Of a stretch of 64,000 nucleotides of DNA, positions 10,410-20,749 are shown piece after piece. Where the stretch lies: the NCBI GenBank assembly GCA_963664705.1, contig OY761556.1, forward strand, positions 2,720,001 to 2,784,000. The letters are read 5' to 3'. The notes under the pieces were generated by a model that saw only the letters and a program-made list of their open reading frames with translations, made no database searches and had not been told where the DNA came from. The stretch is from Acidobacteriota bacterium. Its GTDB lineage: Bacteria; Acidobacteriota; UBA6911. Position 1 is the first letter of the stretch. Every line of letters begins with the position of its first letter. Both the position numbers and the translations under genes were made by a program.

Positions 10410-12179
10410 ATGAGCGGAACAGTGTCCTTGGTGTGTCTCAACCCTCAAGGTGCAGTTGAATCTCCTGCAATTTCGGGGCTCATCAATCCTCGTATAGAAA
10501 ATCTGGAAGGAAAGAAGATAGCGATAATCTGGGATGGCAAAAAGGGTGGGGATAAATTTTGTATCGCGATTGAAGAGTTGCTGAGGAAAAGGTTTCCTAC
10601 GGCAACAACCATGCGGCTGGTTTGGGGAGATGCTGAAGCTGCCGCAAAAGCAAAAAAGGAAATGGACACCTTTATTTACGGAGTCGCAGACAATGGGATG
10701 GGAGGATGGATTCAGTGCCGGCAGGTAATCGCCCTGGAAAAAATCGGAAAACCGGGCGTTTTCGTTATTGGAGATAACGCGATTCACACGACCAGAATGT
10801 CGGTTGAGCATGCCGGAATGCCGGCAATACGAGTCGTAAGTCTCCCCTCCATTGACTATTATCCAAACAGATTGACAGTGGAAGATATCCGGCCTGTTGC
10901 GGAAGCATCGTTGGATCGCATCATCGATGCGCTTACCAAGCCTCTTGCAGCGGAGGAGAAAGATCCTCCGGTCAAGGATAATAGAGAGACTGCTCACACA
11001 GTCGAAGTCAATGCAGAGAGTTACGATTCCGCCCTCGAATCATTCAATGCGCTGTATCTCAACAATCACTGGGGTGACGGGCTGCCGCTGATTCCTCCTA
11101 CGGAGTCTGCCGTCAAGCGGATGTTGGCGGGAACCAAACGCCCCCCCGATGAAGTTGTAGGCCGAGTTCCCTATCGAAACGGCATTGCCACAGTTGAAAA
11201 GATAGCCATAAATGCCGTCATGGCCGGCGCAAGACCTGAGTATTTCCCGGTAATACTGGCAGCCATGGAATGCCTGGCTGAAGAGAGCACATTCACTCAT
11301 ATGATGAGTTCAGAAGGTTCCTTCACACTCGCAATAATGGTAAGCGGGCCTATTGGCAAGGAAATAGGAATGAATTGCGGGGTAGGATTGTTGGGGCATG
11401 GCTGGCAAGCCAACAATACCATCGGCCGCGCCGTTCGGCTGAATCTGATCAATATCGGATGCCTCTGGCCGGGCGAGATCGATATGGCGCTTATTGGCCG
11501 ACCGTCTTCGCACACTTTCTACACTTTTGCTGAGAACATAGAGCTCACTCCCTGGGAAACCTTTAATGAAGGCTTAGGCTATCGATCGGAAGACAGCTGT
11601 GTAACGGTATCCACCGTGACAAGCGTAGGCGCCGGAATGGCCATGAAATTATTGGGCGGTGGAGTGGTCGAACCCTGGGATGTGAATGCGGTGCTCAAGG
11701 ATATTGTGATGGATGTTGCCGAGGACCGAGGCACATTCGCTCAATACAAACTTGGGGTGGCGAATCCCATGGCGCATCTAAGAAAACATATAATAGTTGT
11801 CCACCCTGAACTGGCTGTCATGCTGCATCGTCGCGGCTTCAAAACCAAACAAAGCCTGCGTGATTACATTTATGAGAATACGATGGTTCCATTTGAAGAG
11901 CTAAGCGAAGACGAAATACGCGGCTTGAATGACCGGATGAACACCAGGCGTCCCGATATGGACATCTTCTATGCTCACGATGCTATTCCGGCGGAACGCT
12001 TGCCGGTGCTCAAGGAAGCCCTGAAACCGGGAGGCAAGGTTCCGGTCGTGAACCCTGAAGACATCCATATCATCGTATCCGGCAGTATTCCGGGCTATTC
12101 CTTCGGAATGGCCTACTTCCGTACTGCCCACAAAACAAAACCAATAACGGGTGCTGCTTTTACCAAATCCGGCCGCTAG
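10410..12179 (+). CDS. UGSC-family protein paralog, no Sec/Cys motif
   Basis: RIENLEGKKI, GVADNGMG, WGDGLPLIPPT, TVEKIAINAVMAGARPEY, ANNTIGRA; AAGGAG RBS. Confidence 0.75.
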   Translation: MSGTVSLVCLNPQGAVESPAISGLINPRIENLEGKKIAIIWDGKKGGDKFCIAIEELLRKRFPTATTMRLVWGDAEAAAKAKKEMDTFIYGVADNGMGGWIQCRQVIALEKIGKPGVFVIGDNAIHTTRMSVEHAGMPAIRVVSLPSIDYYPNRLTVEDIRPVAEASLDRIIDALTKPLAAEEKDPPVKDNRETAHTVEVNAESYDSALESFNALYLNNHWGDGLPLIPPTESAVKRMLAGTKRPPDEVVGRVPYRNGIATVEKIAINAVMAGARPEYFPVILAAMECLAEESTFTHMMSSEGSFTLAIMVSGPIGKEIGMNCGVGLLGHGWQANNTIGRAVRLNLINIGCLWPGEIDMALIGRPSSHTFYTFAENIELTPWETFNEGLGYRSEDSCVTVSTVTSVGAGMAMKLLGGGVVEPWDVNAVLKDIVMDVAEDRGTFAQYKLGVANPMAHLRKHIIVVHPELAVMLHRRGFKTKQSLRDYIYENTMVPFEELSEDEIRGLNDRMNTRRPDMDIFYAHDAIPAERLPVLKEALKPGGKVPVVNPEDIHIIVSGSIPGYSFGMAYFRTAHKTKPITGAAFTKSGR

Positions 12180-12184
12180 GCGGA

Positions 12185-12243
12185 GCCCTTGGAGCGCGGT
12201 GGCTTGCCACCGCCTTTTAGGCTTTGTTGCCGCACTCCAAGGC
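12185..12243. repeat. REP-like palindromic repeat, family A (TTGGAGTGCGG...GGTGGCAAGCCACCGCACTCCAA)
   Basis: Shares arms with copies at 19691, 23693, 25968 and 35846; lies between convergent genes. Confidence 0.75.
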
Positions 12244-12245
12244 GG

Positions 12246-13274
12246 TTAATCCTTCGACCGGATACCTTTTGAGTAGTTCACTCGTCCTATATAAAATTCC
12301 TCTTCAGGCTCGCGGGGCGTTACACCAGCTGCTTTCAAACCGGCTCTCATCGCATCTTTAAAATGCTGAAACAAAAACGTTGTCGGCTTTCTGAACATGC
12401 CGCCGTTTCCGCCGGTCAACCATTGCATGTATTTCATTCCCAGCATACCGCACTGAAATGCGGCATCTCTGGCGCCCAAAGTAATTGGAGCAAGCTCCCA
12501 ATAGAGTTCCATGGCCTTGGCGAACTCTCCCCGGGCGAACAGATTGAACATTCGAACTATTCTGGGATTTTCCCCGGTTTGATCGAAGATGACATAGTCG
12601 GCCGGCCCTGCCCACTGCTGTCCGTATTGGGCAACAGTGATCGGCCATTCCGCCATTTCCGCGGCTTGAAGCAGCACTTGATCACCCACGCGGTGATGAA
12701 CCTCAGCCCACTTGCCGATTCCGTCACTAAGATACGCCTTTATGGCGACCACATTGGGAATTTGGCAAATCCGCTCTATTAGCGCCGGATTAAATCCGCT
12801 TGGGTGGAATCTACCAAAGTCATAAAAGGGTTTGGGCCAAAGGTCAATGGCAAGGTTGGTGGAGTCGCACATCTTTTTGGCGACCCGAAAGATATCCTCC
12901 TCTGATTTTGCATAAAAATTGCCCGGCCAACCCAACAGAGTATGGGTTCCTCCCACACTCTCGAAATATTTCAATAATTCTATGGATTGATCGGCGTCAT
13001 CAAAGGCACCGAACATGGAAACCAGGACTTTGCCTTTTGCTTCCTCGGCAACGATCCTTACAAACTGCTTTCGCTCTTCGTGACTCAAAGCGGAAACTTC
13101 AGCGGCACAGAAAACGCTGAACACGCCCTTGGCCATATTATGCCGGACGTCATGCCGGATTCCTTCTTCATCCAGGCTTTCCAGATCCGGAGTATAGGAC
13201 GGCTGAATGACTCCATCCAAACCGCGATAGTTTTTTCTAGCCCATTCCTTTGCCTCTGATTTCGTGAACTCCAT
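12246..13274 (-). CDS. DapA/DHDPS-like class I aldolase (hydratase-aldolase-like)
   Basis: LDEEGIRHDV, putative Schiff-base Lys in NVVAIK; paralog of the adjacent gene. Confidence 0.85.
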   Translation of the reverse strand: MEFTKSEAKEWARKNYRGLDGVIQPSYTPDLESLDEEGIRHDVRHNMAKGVFSVFCAAEVSALSHEERKQFVRIVAEEAKGKVLVSMFGAFDDADQSIELLKYFESVGGTHTLLGWPGNFYAKSEEDIFRVAKKMCDSTNLAIDLWPKPFYDFGRFHPSGFNPALIERICQIPNVVAIKAYLSDGIGKWAEVHHRVGDQVLLQAAEMAEWPITVAQYGQQWAGPADYVIFDQTGENPRIVRMFNLFARGEFAKAMELYWELAPITLGARDAAFQCGMLGMKYMQWLTGGNGGMFRKPTTFLFQHFKDAMRAGLKAAGVTPREPEEEFYIGRVNYSKGIRSKD

Positions 13275-13288
13275 AAACCGCTCCTCCA

Positions 13289-14335
13289 TCAGACCTCATA
13301 TTTTTTAAGCCTGTACCCCTTTGCATAATTCACGCGGCCCACGTAAAACTCTTCCTCCGGCTCACGTGGAGTAATTCCCAGAGCTTTCATGCCTCCTCGA
13401 ATAGCATCTTTCTGGTAATCGTACAGACGGCCGGTAGGCTGACGGACCGTGCCTCCATTTCCTCCCGCGCACCAATGAGCGTATTTATCAGTCAAAGCGG
13501 TTACTATACCGGTGTGAAAATAGGAATCGGCCAACGATCCCTGCGGACCCGGGTGGGACAACTCCCAGATGCATTCCATGGCCTTTTCAGTCTCGCCTTT
13601 GATCAAGTTATTAAACATCCGCACTACCCTCGGATTTTCGGGGGTCTGCATGCAATAAAAGGGGCCTGCGCCGGCCCACTGCTGGCCATACTTGGGAATC
13701 GTAAAGAGCCATCGGTCCGGCATCGGGTCGCTGACCAGAATCTGATCCCCGCAAAGCAGAAAAGCTTGGACCGTTAATGCAACCGAACTGCCCCCGGTGA
13801 CCTTCATGGCCACGACGTTCTGGATTTCGGCAATCCGACGCATGACATCGGGCGGAAAGTAGCTGGGATGGAAATGCCATGTGTGCAGCCTGCCGGGATA
13901 GAAAGTTATGGCCAGGTTGGTGGAGTCGCACATGAGTTTATACATCCGATAAATATCTTCTTCCGACCTGGGATAATATTGCACCGGATGAGCAAGCGTG
14001 GCATGCGTTCCACCGACCTTTTCAATATGCTGCAGCATTTCGATATCCTGCTCAACCGTGTCCTGCATAACGCTGGCAGAGCTGTGCATTTTGCCCTTGG
14101 CTTCGTCGCACACTATCTGAACAAATCGCTTTCGTTCTTCAAATGTCATACCGCAGGCTTCAGGGGCAGCCATTACTGAAGCAAAGCCATTTGCGAAGAT
14201 TTGATTGACATCAAAACGGATCCCTTCTTCGTCCAAATCACGAAGATCCGGGGTAAAGGAAGGGAATATCGGAACTTCCAAGCCCTTCATTTTATTCTTT
14301 GCCCACACTTTAGCTTCCGACTTTAGATACTCCAT
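13289..14335 (-). CDS. DapA/DHDPS-like class I aldolase
   Basis: LDEEGIRFDV, NVVAMKV; AAGGAGG RBS. Confidence 0.85.
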   Translation of the reverse strand: MEYLKSEAKVWAKNKMKGLEVPIFPSFTPDLRDLDEEGIRFDVNQIFANGFASVMAAPEACGMTFEERKRFVQIVCDEAKGKMHSSASVMQDTVEQDIEMLQHIEKVGGTHATLAHPVQYYPRSEEDIYRMYKLMCDSTNLAITFYPGRLHTWHFHPSYFPPDVMRRIAEIQNVVAMKVTGGSSVALTVQAFLLCGDQILVSDPMPDRWLFTIPKYGQQWAGAGPFYCMQTPENPRVVRMFNNLIKGETEKAMECIWELSHPGPQGSLADSYFHTGIVTALTDKYAHWCAGGNGGTVRQPTGRLYDYQKDAIRGGMKALGITPREPEEEFYVGRVNYAKGYRLKKYEV

Positions 14336-14377
14336 GGCTGTTTCGCCTCCTTAACGCACTTGCTCGTTCCACCTCGA

Positions 14378-15250
14378 TCAGGCATGCAATCCAAGCAAAT
14401 TGCCCGGATTGGTTTTAGTCATAAGATTGATTTCATTTTCCGTAATGCCGTATTTAAGCAATGTGACAATAAACATCCTCAGTCCTTCGACAGGCGGCGG
14501 ATTCCAGATTTGCCCGAGATCTGTCGACATGATGCACCGTTCCGCCCCCACATCCTTGATCATGGCCACCATCTCAGCGGGATCATGTCTGAATTCGGAG
14601 GCTTGAAAAGCAAGATAGGTGCATTCAATGAAAGCTCCATTTTTTGCCAGTTGAATCAGGTCCTGCTTGCTGAAAGCCTGGGAGAAAAATTCGTGATCCA
14701 ACGGGTGCGTAATAACAAACTTGTGAATCCCCAGCTTCCGGGCTTCCTCTTCAAGGGCAAAAGTTTCTGCCGGTGACATATGGCCGCTGGCCAATACCAT
14801 GTCGTATTGTTTGATGATAGCCAGTATGGGATGGATCTCCGGCACCAACTGCCCTTTGCCGTCCAGGATTGAATATCCTTCGCCTTTGAGATCAAGGCCA
14901 AGTTCCCTCATTTTGGAGATTGAGTTTCTCGAGGAGAAGGTCGGCATCCATACCATCCTCGCGCCTGCTTTGGCTGAATATTCAACCGCATACTCATTCA
15001 ATCCCCCCATTTCATAATCCAGGCAAACACTGCCATAGACCTGGAAGTCGGAGATCAGCTGATTAACCATCAGGGCTATCGGCGCGGTGGGATAGAAGTG
15101 ATTTTTCAGCACAATGGCTTTCATCCCGGCCTGCTTGGCCTGAGCAGCAGCTTCCAAGGCGTCAACCCGGCATTTAAAAAAGTCCGGACCGGGATGGAGG
15201 TGCATGTCAATAGAGCCGGACACCAGCCTGTCATAATCGATAATTTCCAT
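14378..15250 (-). CDS. Metal-dependent amidohydrolase-like protein (DUF6282-like)
   Basis: DMHLHPGPD (HxH), KNH, VWMPT, LASGH, ITHP, STDLGQ. Confidence 0.8.
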   Translation of the reverse strand: MEIIDYDRLVSGSIDMHLHPGPDFFKCRVDALEAAAQAKQAGMKAIVLKNHFYPTAPIALMVNQLISDFQVYGSVCLDYEMGGLNEYAVEYSAKAGARMVWMPTFSSRNSISKMRELGLDLKGEGYSILDGKGQLVPEIHPILAIIKQYDMVLASGHMSPAETFALEEEARKLGIHKFVITHPLDHEFFSQAFSKQDLIQLAKNGAFIECTYLAFQASEFRHDPAEMVAMIKDVGAERCIMSTDLGQIWNPPPVEGLRMFIVTLLKYGITENEINLMTKTNPGNLLGLHA

Positions 15251-15393
15251 AGGTCCGTCCTTTCAAGATCGTCTCTGCACTTGCCCGAAAAAGCCGCAGA
15301 GGGCAGGCGCCCTTCACCTTGAAATGCTTCACCGCTGATTTTGCTGATTGAGATATCGAATTCTCTCAGATAGTACTCTGGAGAAATGAAAAA

Positions 15394-15411
15394 TGTCACA
15401 TAATTGTGACA
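15394..15411. promoter_or_regulatory. Operator TGTCAC-N6-GTGACA (copy 2) within a perfect 15-bp inverted repeat 15386-15419
   Basis: ATGAAAAATGTCACA-TAAT-TGTGACATTTTTCAT between divergent genes. Confidence 0.85.
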
Positions 15412-15478
15412 TTTTTCATGCTAAAGTCTTGACTCCCGAAGGACTCAAACGGTTTCCCACTCTACGATTGAGGGGTCA

Positions 15479-17080
15479 ATGTTAAAAGGAAATGCCGCAG
15501 CTGAAGATCGGTCTGTCAAAAAGTATGCATCCATGGGACTGATATCCGTTTTCTTAACCTATTTTTTGTTCTCACTCATGACATTTGGGCAAAACGTTGC
15601 TGCACCCATGATCGCAGCGGACTTAAACGGGATGTCCCTGTATTCGTGGGCTATATCATTACCCATGCTGGGTGCGGCATTTGTCACCCTCCTATTCGGC
15701 AAGCTCTCCGACCTGTATGGGCGCAGAACCATGCTGCTTTTTTCTTTGGGTCTATTTCTGACGGGAGCCATCTTGACTGCCGTCAGTCCAACTTTTGCTT
15801 TCAATATCGCGGCGCGCATTGTTAATTCCATGGGATTCGGAGCCCTTGCAGCACTCTGCTTTTCCGTTATAGGCGATCTCTTTGCGCCGGTTGAGCGAAG
15901 CAAGTGGACGGGCTTGCTGCAAATTTCGGCCGGAATTGCCGCAGTCATAGGGCCTACCCTGGTTGGAATAATCACCGACAATCTTAGTTGGCGATATTTT
16001 TATTGGGCTATCGTCCCCATGGCCGTGTTCTGTGCGGTACTCGTAATGATAGGCATACCCGGCCGCACCCAACGGGTAGCACATCAAATTGATTACGCCG
16101 GCGCTTTCCTGTTGGCAATTGCTTCCTCCACAATGATCCTGGGTTTTTCTTTTGCGGACAAAAATCCCTGGCACTCCTTCCGCGTCGTCGGTTTGCTTAT
16201 TATCTCCATTGTCTGTTGGATCGCATTCGTCATGATAGAACGCAGAGTTAAGGAACCGATTCTTGATCCCCAGACGTTCACAAACCGCACATTTCTCACC
16301 GTTACGACAGCTGCGCTGATGTCCTTCTTTGGATTTGTGGGAATTATAAATTATTACCCGCTCTTTCTTCAGGGCATCCAGGGGGCCAATGCAACGATAA
16401 GCGGCCAGGTGTTGACGCCGTTTACAGCACTTATGTCCTTCATGGGAGTTCCGGCCGGTTTGCTGCTCGCCAAAACAAAACGATATAAGTGGATGCTGGT
16501 TGGAAGTTATGCCGTCCTTACCACTGCATTGCTCTGCCTGGCATTTTTCACGTCTGCAACCCCTCTCTGGTTGGGCGTTCTCGTCATGGTTTTGGGAGGC
16601 CTGGGGGTGGGGTCCATTCCGACAATTAATATTCTAGTTGTACAATTTGCTCTTCCCAAAAGGTTGTTGGGGATAGCGGTAGCGGCTACATTTTTCATGG
16701 TGGCTCTCGGCAATGCGGTCGCGCCTGCCATCCTGGGAACAGCAATGAACTCCACATATGAAAAAAATCTGGAAAAGCTGCTGCCATCCGGACTGGACCG
16801 ACATATCGATCCCTCGAAGCTTGCGTCGCTGGCCGACCCTCGCGTTTTGATGTCACAGGATGCGATGAAGGAATTAGAGAACGGCTTCAGCAATATCGAG
16901 GGCAAGGGAGAACTTCTTTTCAACCAGACGGTGCTGGCTATCCGAAGTTCGCTTCAGTCCGGTCTACGGGTACTCTTTCTCGTGGGAACGGCAGCGCTAT
17001 TTCTGGCATTCCTGCTAATTCTGACTATTCCGGAAATTTCAATGGATGTGGAGGTAGAGGATAAAAAAATAGCTTCATAG
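15479..17080 (+). CDS. MFS transporter, DHA2/14-TMS type
   Basis: GKLSDLYGRR motif A, many TM segments; paralog of 41744 and 61595. Confidence 0.93.
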   Translation: MLKGNAAAEDRSVKKYASMGLISVFLTYFLFSLMTFGQNVAAPMIAADLNGMSLYSWAISLPMLGAAFVTLLFGKLSDLYGRRTMLLFSLGLFLTGAILTAVSPTFAFNIAARIVNSMGFGALAALCFSVIGDLFAPVERSKWTGLLQISAGIAAVIGPTLVGIITDNLSWRYFYWAIVPMAVFCAVLVMIGIPGRTQRVAHQIDYAGAFLLAIASSTMILGFSFADKNPWHSFRVVGLLIISIVCWIAFVMIERRVKEPILDPQTFTNRTFLTVTTAALMSFFGFVGIINYYPLFLQGIQGANATISGQVLTPFTALMSFMGVPAGLLLAKTKRYKWMLVGSYAVLTTALLCLAFFTSATPLWLGVLVMVLGGLGVGSIPTINILVVQFALPKRLLGIAVAATFFMVALGNAVAPAILGTAMNSTYEKNLEKLLPSGLDRHIDPSKLASLADPRVLMSQDAMKELENGFSNIEGKGELLFNQTVLAIRSSLQSGLRVLFLVGTAALFLAFLLILTIPEISMDVEVEDKKIAS

Positions 17081-17141
17081 GGAATTGCACTCGCAATTTT
17101 GAAAATAATCGACTGGATCCCAAATAATAAAGGAAAAAGAC

Positions 17142-17999
17142 ATGAGAATTCGCAGCAAATGCGTCCTGAATCTTGTACTTTCATTTTTGGTTGCACTGCT
17201 TGGCACCCAATGCATGCTTGCCCAGGCTCCGAAACCGGACAGAGGGCCCATGCCCAAAATGCCTCTTCAGATCAAACCGGATCCGAGAGTGCAGCAGCGC
17301 AAATATCACTTCGCCGACACCAATGAAGATTTGAGCTATGTTCTTTATGTGTCTTCCAAAGTATCGAAGGACAAGAAAAATCCATTGATCGTAGCGCTGC
17401 ATGGAATGGGCGGAGACGGCAACTTTTTGGTGCGCGAGCGCGTGGTCGATCTTGCGGAAGAAGGCGGATACATAGTCGTAGGGCCCCTGGGATATAACGT
17501 AACCGGATGGTACGGATCTCCCGTGATTGTAATGGGCGGGCGTCCCATCGAGCCGCCCAATTTGGCGGAGTTGAGCGAAAAAGATGTTATGACTGTCCTG
17601 GACATGATGCGGAAGGAATTCAATATCGACGATAAACGCACTTACTTGATGGGTCACTCCATGGGTGGTGCCGGCACCCTGTTCCTGGGATCAAAATATC
17701 CATCCAACTGGGCCGCCATCGCAAGTATCGCACCGGCGGCTTTTCTTATGCAGAAGGATCAAAAGGATTATTTAGGCAAAATTAAAAAGGCCGATATCCC
17801 TGTCATGCTCGTCCAGGGCGGCGCAGACACGGTTGTGCCTCCGGACAATACGCGCACATGGAATGCGGCCGCGAAAGAACTGGGCATGAAATTTGAATAT
17901 ATAGAAATTCCGGACGGAGACCACGGCACGGTTATCTCGGGTGGCATGCCTAATATCTTCAAGTTCTTTGCTGATCACCCCAAAACCGGTGCTCAATAG
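17142..17999 (+). CDS. Secreted alpha/beta-hydrolase (esterase/peptidase-like)
   Basis: Signal peptide, PLIVALHG, GHSMGG, D and DH triad residues; paralog of 37479. Confidence 0.88.
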   Translation: MRIRSKCVLNLVLSFLVALLGTQCMLAQAPKPDRGPMPKMPLQIKPDPRVQQRKYHFADTNEDLSYVLYVSSKVSKDKKNPLIVALHGMGGDGNFLVRERVVDLAEEGGYIVVGPLGYNVTGWYGSPVIVMGGRPIEPPNLAELSEKDVMTVLDMMRKEFNIDDKRTYLMGHSMGGAGTLFLGSKYPSNWAAIASIAPAAFLMQKDQKDYLGKIKKADIPVMLVQGGADTVVPPDNTRTWNAAAKELGMKFEYIEIPDGDHGTVISGGMPNIFKFFADHPKTGAQ

Positions 18000-18017
18000 T
18001 ATTCTTTTTTCCTTTTA

Positions 18018-18065
18018 GCCACGGAGAACACGGAAAGCTCTTTGGGTTTCCGTGTTCTCTGTGGC
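18018..18065. terminator. Strong hairpin (terminator or REP-like)
   Basis: GCCACGGAGAACACGGAAA / TTTCCGTGTTCTCTGTGGC 19-bp arms. Confidence 0.6.
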
Positions 18066-18100
18066 GACAGGGCAGTTAAAGACGGCTGAGGAGAATTATC

Positions 18101-19684
18101 ATGGCAACGAAAATGATTTCATCCACCGCACTCGTGGTCATACTCGCCATTGCGTGTGCAGGGCCGGCCAGCTTTGCTCAATCGCAAAATAAGTGCACGG
18201 AGATGACGAAATTCAAGCTTCCCGGTATTCAGTTGGAAATCACGAAGGCCGCATGGGTTCCGGCCGGGCCGGCTCCCGCGATGGGACCAGGGGGACCAGG
18301 GGGAGGGATTTCCCTGCCGGCTCATTGTCGTGTGGACGGCATGATAGATCGCCGCACAGGAACAGGCGGAGACACATACGGCATCGGATTTGCGGTTTCG
18401 CTGCCCGAAAATTGGAATGGCCGATTCCTGCAGCAGGGCGGAGGCGGCTTAAATGGAACCGTTGCCGAACCGATTGGGAATCAAGTCGCCGGCAGCCAAC
18501 CGGCCCTGTTAAGAGGATTCGCCGTGGCAACCACCGACACCGGCCATCAGGCCAAAGGAGGCGGTGGATTCGATGCCAAATTCATGCAGGACCAGCAGGC
18601 ACTAATTGACTTCGAGTACGCTGCCATAGGCAGAGTGGCCGTTATAGCCAAGCAGATCGTGGAAGTCTACTATGCAAAACCGCCGGCGCACTCCTATTTT
18701 GCCGGCTGTTCCACCGGCGGGAGGGAGGCGATGCTAATGACGCAACGTTACCCTCTCTATTTTGACGGCGTTATTTCCGGCGCCCCGGCAATGCGCACCG
18801 GACACTCCAACTTGGCCGACCGCACTGTAAGCGTAGCCTTGAGCCGCATCGCCCCCAAGGGCGCCGACGGCAAGCCCGTCCCGGGCGGAGGCCTCTCCGA
18901 CAGTGACAGAAAACTGATCATAAGCAAGCTCCTGGAAAAATGCGACGCCATCGATGGCGCAAAAGACGGCATGATCTTTGATGTGCTCGGCTGCGGTTTC
19001 GACCCGGCCTCGCTTGTGTGCTCCGGTCCGAAAACGGATGCCTGCCTTTCGCAACCGCAAGTTGCGGCGCTTAAAGAAGGGTTCGCGGGCCCGAAAGATT
19101 CCCGTGGTAACCAGGTTTACCCAGGTTTCTTCTTCGACACAGGGATTACAGCCACCGGCCAAGGAATTCCAGGATTAATCGGATCAGGGCCGAGTCCATT
19201 AGGAAATGTGAACTCCGGAGCGGAGCAAAATATCGATAAGGAAGCCGCCGCAGCCGATTCCAATCCGGGCTCGCGATTGGGCGACTCTAATTACTGGACA
19301 AACCTCAACACATTCTCGTCGCGCGGCGGAAAATTGATTTTTTACCACGGGGTCAGCGACCCCTGGTTCTCCGCGAAAGACACGATTGGCTATTACGAGA
19401 GGATGACAGAGGCCAACGGCGGAACAGCGCAGGTCAAAAATTGGAGCCGGCTTTTCCTGTCGCCTGGTATGGGACATTGCAGCGGAGGCTCAGCAACCCT
19501 CGATAGCTTTGATCTGCTGAGTGCGATTGTAGACTGGGTGGAAAAAGGCACGGCGCCAGATTCGGTAAAAGCTACGGGACGCGCCTTTCCAGAACGCAGC
19601 CGTCCGCTTTGCCCCTTCCCTTCCCATGCGCAGTATAAAGGCCAGGGCAGCACGGAAGATGCAGCCAACTTTGACTGCAAGTAA
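18101..19684 (+). CDS. Tannase/feruloyl esterase family hydrolase, secreted
   Basis: LPENWNGRF, TDTGH, GCSTGGRE, HGVSDPW, PGMGHC, RPLCP. Confidence 0.95.
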   Translation: MATKMISSTALVVILAIACAGPASFAQSQNKCTEMTKFKLPGIQLEITKAAWVPAGPAPAMGPGGPGGGISLPAHCRVDGMIDRRTGTGGDTYGIGFAVSLPENWNGRFLQQGGGGLNGTVAEPIGNQVAGSQPALLRGFAVATTDTGHQAKGGGGFDAKFMQDQQALIDFEYAAIGRVAVIAKQIVEVYYAKPPAHSYFAGCSTGGREAMLMTQRYPLYFDGVISGAPAMRTGHSNLADRTVSVALSRIAPKGADGKPVPGGGLSDSDRKLIISKLLEKCDAIDGAKDGMIFDVLGCGFDPASLVCSGPKTDACLSQPQVAALKEGFAGPKDSRGNQVYPGFFFDTGITATGQGIPGLIGSGPSPLGNVNSGAEQNIDKEAAAADSNPGSRLGDSNYWTNLNTFSSRGGKLIFYHGVSDPWFSAKDTIGYYERMTEANGGTAQVKNWSRLFLSPGMGHCSGGSATLDSFDLLSAIVDWVEKGTAPDSVKATGRAFPERSRPLCPFPSHAQYKGQGSTEDAANFDCK

Positions 19685-19690
19685 CCTGAG

Positions 19691-19726
19691 ATTTGGAGTG
19701 GGGTGGCAAGCCACCCCACTCCAAAT
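19691..19726. repeat. REP family A perfect palindrome; probable bidirectional terminator
   Basis: ATTTGGAGTGGGGTGGC-AA-GCCACCCCACTCCAAAT between convergent genes. Confidence 0.75.
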
Positions 19727-20682
19727 TATTTAAGCGTTTTGGCCACTCGAAAGCCGAGATAGCTTCGGCCACGGGTATCTGGTGCATACACGAAAGCCCG
19801 GTTTGCAGACCGCAGCGTCTTGGAATTGCTCTCAAACGAGTTTGAACGGAATCCGCGTACGGAGCAGTTGCCTGTTTTAACCGCAGAACCATCCCTGGGC
19901 AGCAAGGGAATGTTTGTTTCGTAGCAATCTTCCACCCATTGATAAATATTGCCGTACATGTCGCACAATCCGAAAGCATTCGTCGGAAATGAACACACGG
20001 GAGATGTCGAATCTACCCATATATCGCGCCCTTCGGCCAATCCCCCCACATCCATTCCGGCTTCCTTCCCGTAATTGGCATATTCGTGGCTGGGATCGTT
20101 CCCCCACCAATAGATCGTCGTAGTTCCTGCCCGCGCCGCGTATTCGAATTCCGATTCTGATAAAAGGCGATATTTTTCTTTACCGGTCTTTTTGTTGAGC
20201 CAGCGGACGAAAGCCTGGGCATCGTACCAACTGACGCCCACAACAGGATGATTGCCGCCCGCATGACCGGGATAGTTCTGGATCGGCTTGCCGTTACGAT
20301 CTAACTTAAGTGCCGCATCCACCGCGGCGCCATCGCACACCTTGTCGCGAACACACGCACTCCACTCATCCCAGGTAATCGGGCCCTTACTGACCGCAAA
20401 CGAATATGAAATCTCAACCGCATGCTGCCCTTCGTCTGCATCCCGATCCTTTTCCATTTCGGGCGAACCCATCGTAAATGTGCCGGGTGGAACGACCACC
20501 ATCTCGGGGCATCCTTTGCAATCTTTGAAAACTTTGACATGATCTGCCGCCTCAGCATCAATGCTTACCGCCAAGGCTATTGCCACAATTACCGCAAAGA
20601 CCATCGGGAATATTCCAATGCACGCTCTGTGAAAATACATCCAGGATAGTTCGGCCGAGGCTATTCTTTGTTTGAGCAACAT
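19726..20682 (-). CDS. Formylglycine-generating enzyme (FGE/SUMF1) domain protein
   Basis: CPEMVVVPPGTFTMGS, HPVVGVSW, RLLSESEFEYAARAG, NAFGLCDMYGN, GFRVA. Confidence 0.9.
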   Translation of the reverse strand: MLLKQRIASAELSWMYFHRACIGIFPMVFAVIVAIALAVSIDAEAADHVKVFKDCKGCPEMVVVPPGTFTMGSPEMEKDRDADEGQHAVEISYSFAVSKGPITWDEWSACVRDKVCDGAAVDAALKLDRNGKPIQNYPGHAGGNHPVVGVSWYDAQAFVRWLNKKTGKEKYRLLSESEFEYAARAGTTTIYWWGNDPSHEYANYGKEAGMDVGGLAEGRDIWVDSTSPVCSFPTNAFGLCDMYGNIYQWVEDCYETNIPLLPRDGSAVKTGNCSVRGFRSNSFESNSKTLRSANRAFVYAPDTRGRSYLGFRVAKTLK

Positions 20683-20749
20683 CGATTTTCCTCCCACTAT
20701 TTCTATAATAATGCATTAAGCTATATCCATATTACTATCGAGGTGGCAA

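Noticed and set aside
8377-12179. Selenocysteine read-through in the UGSC genes
   Set aside because: No in-frame UGA in either ORF.
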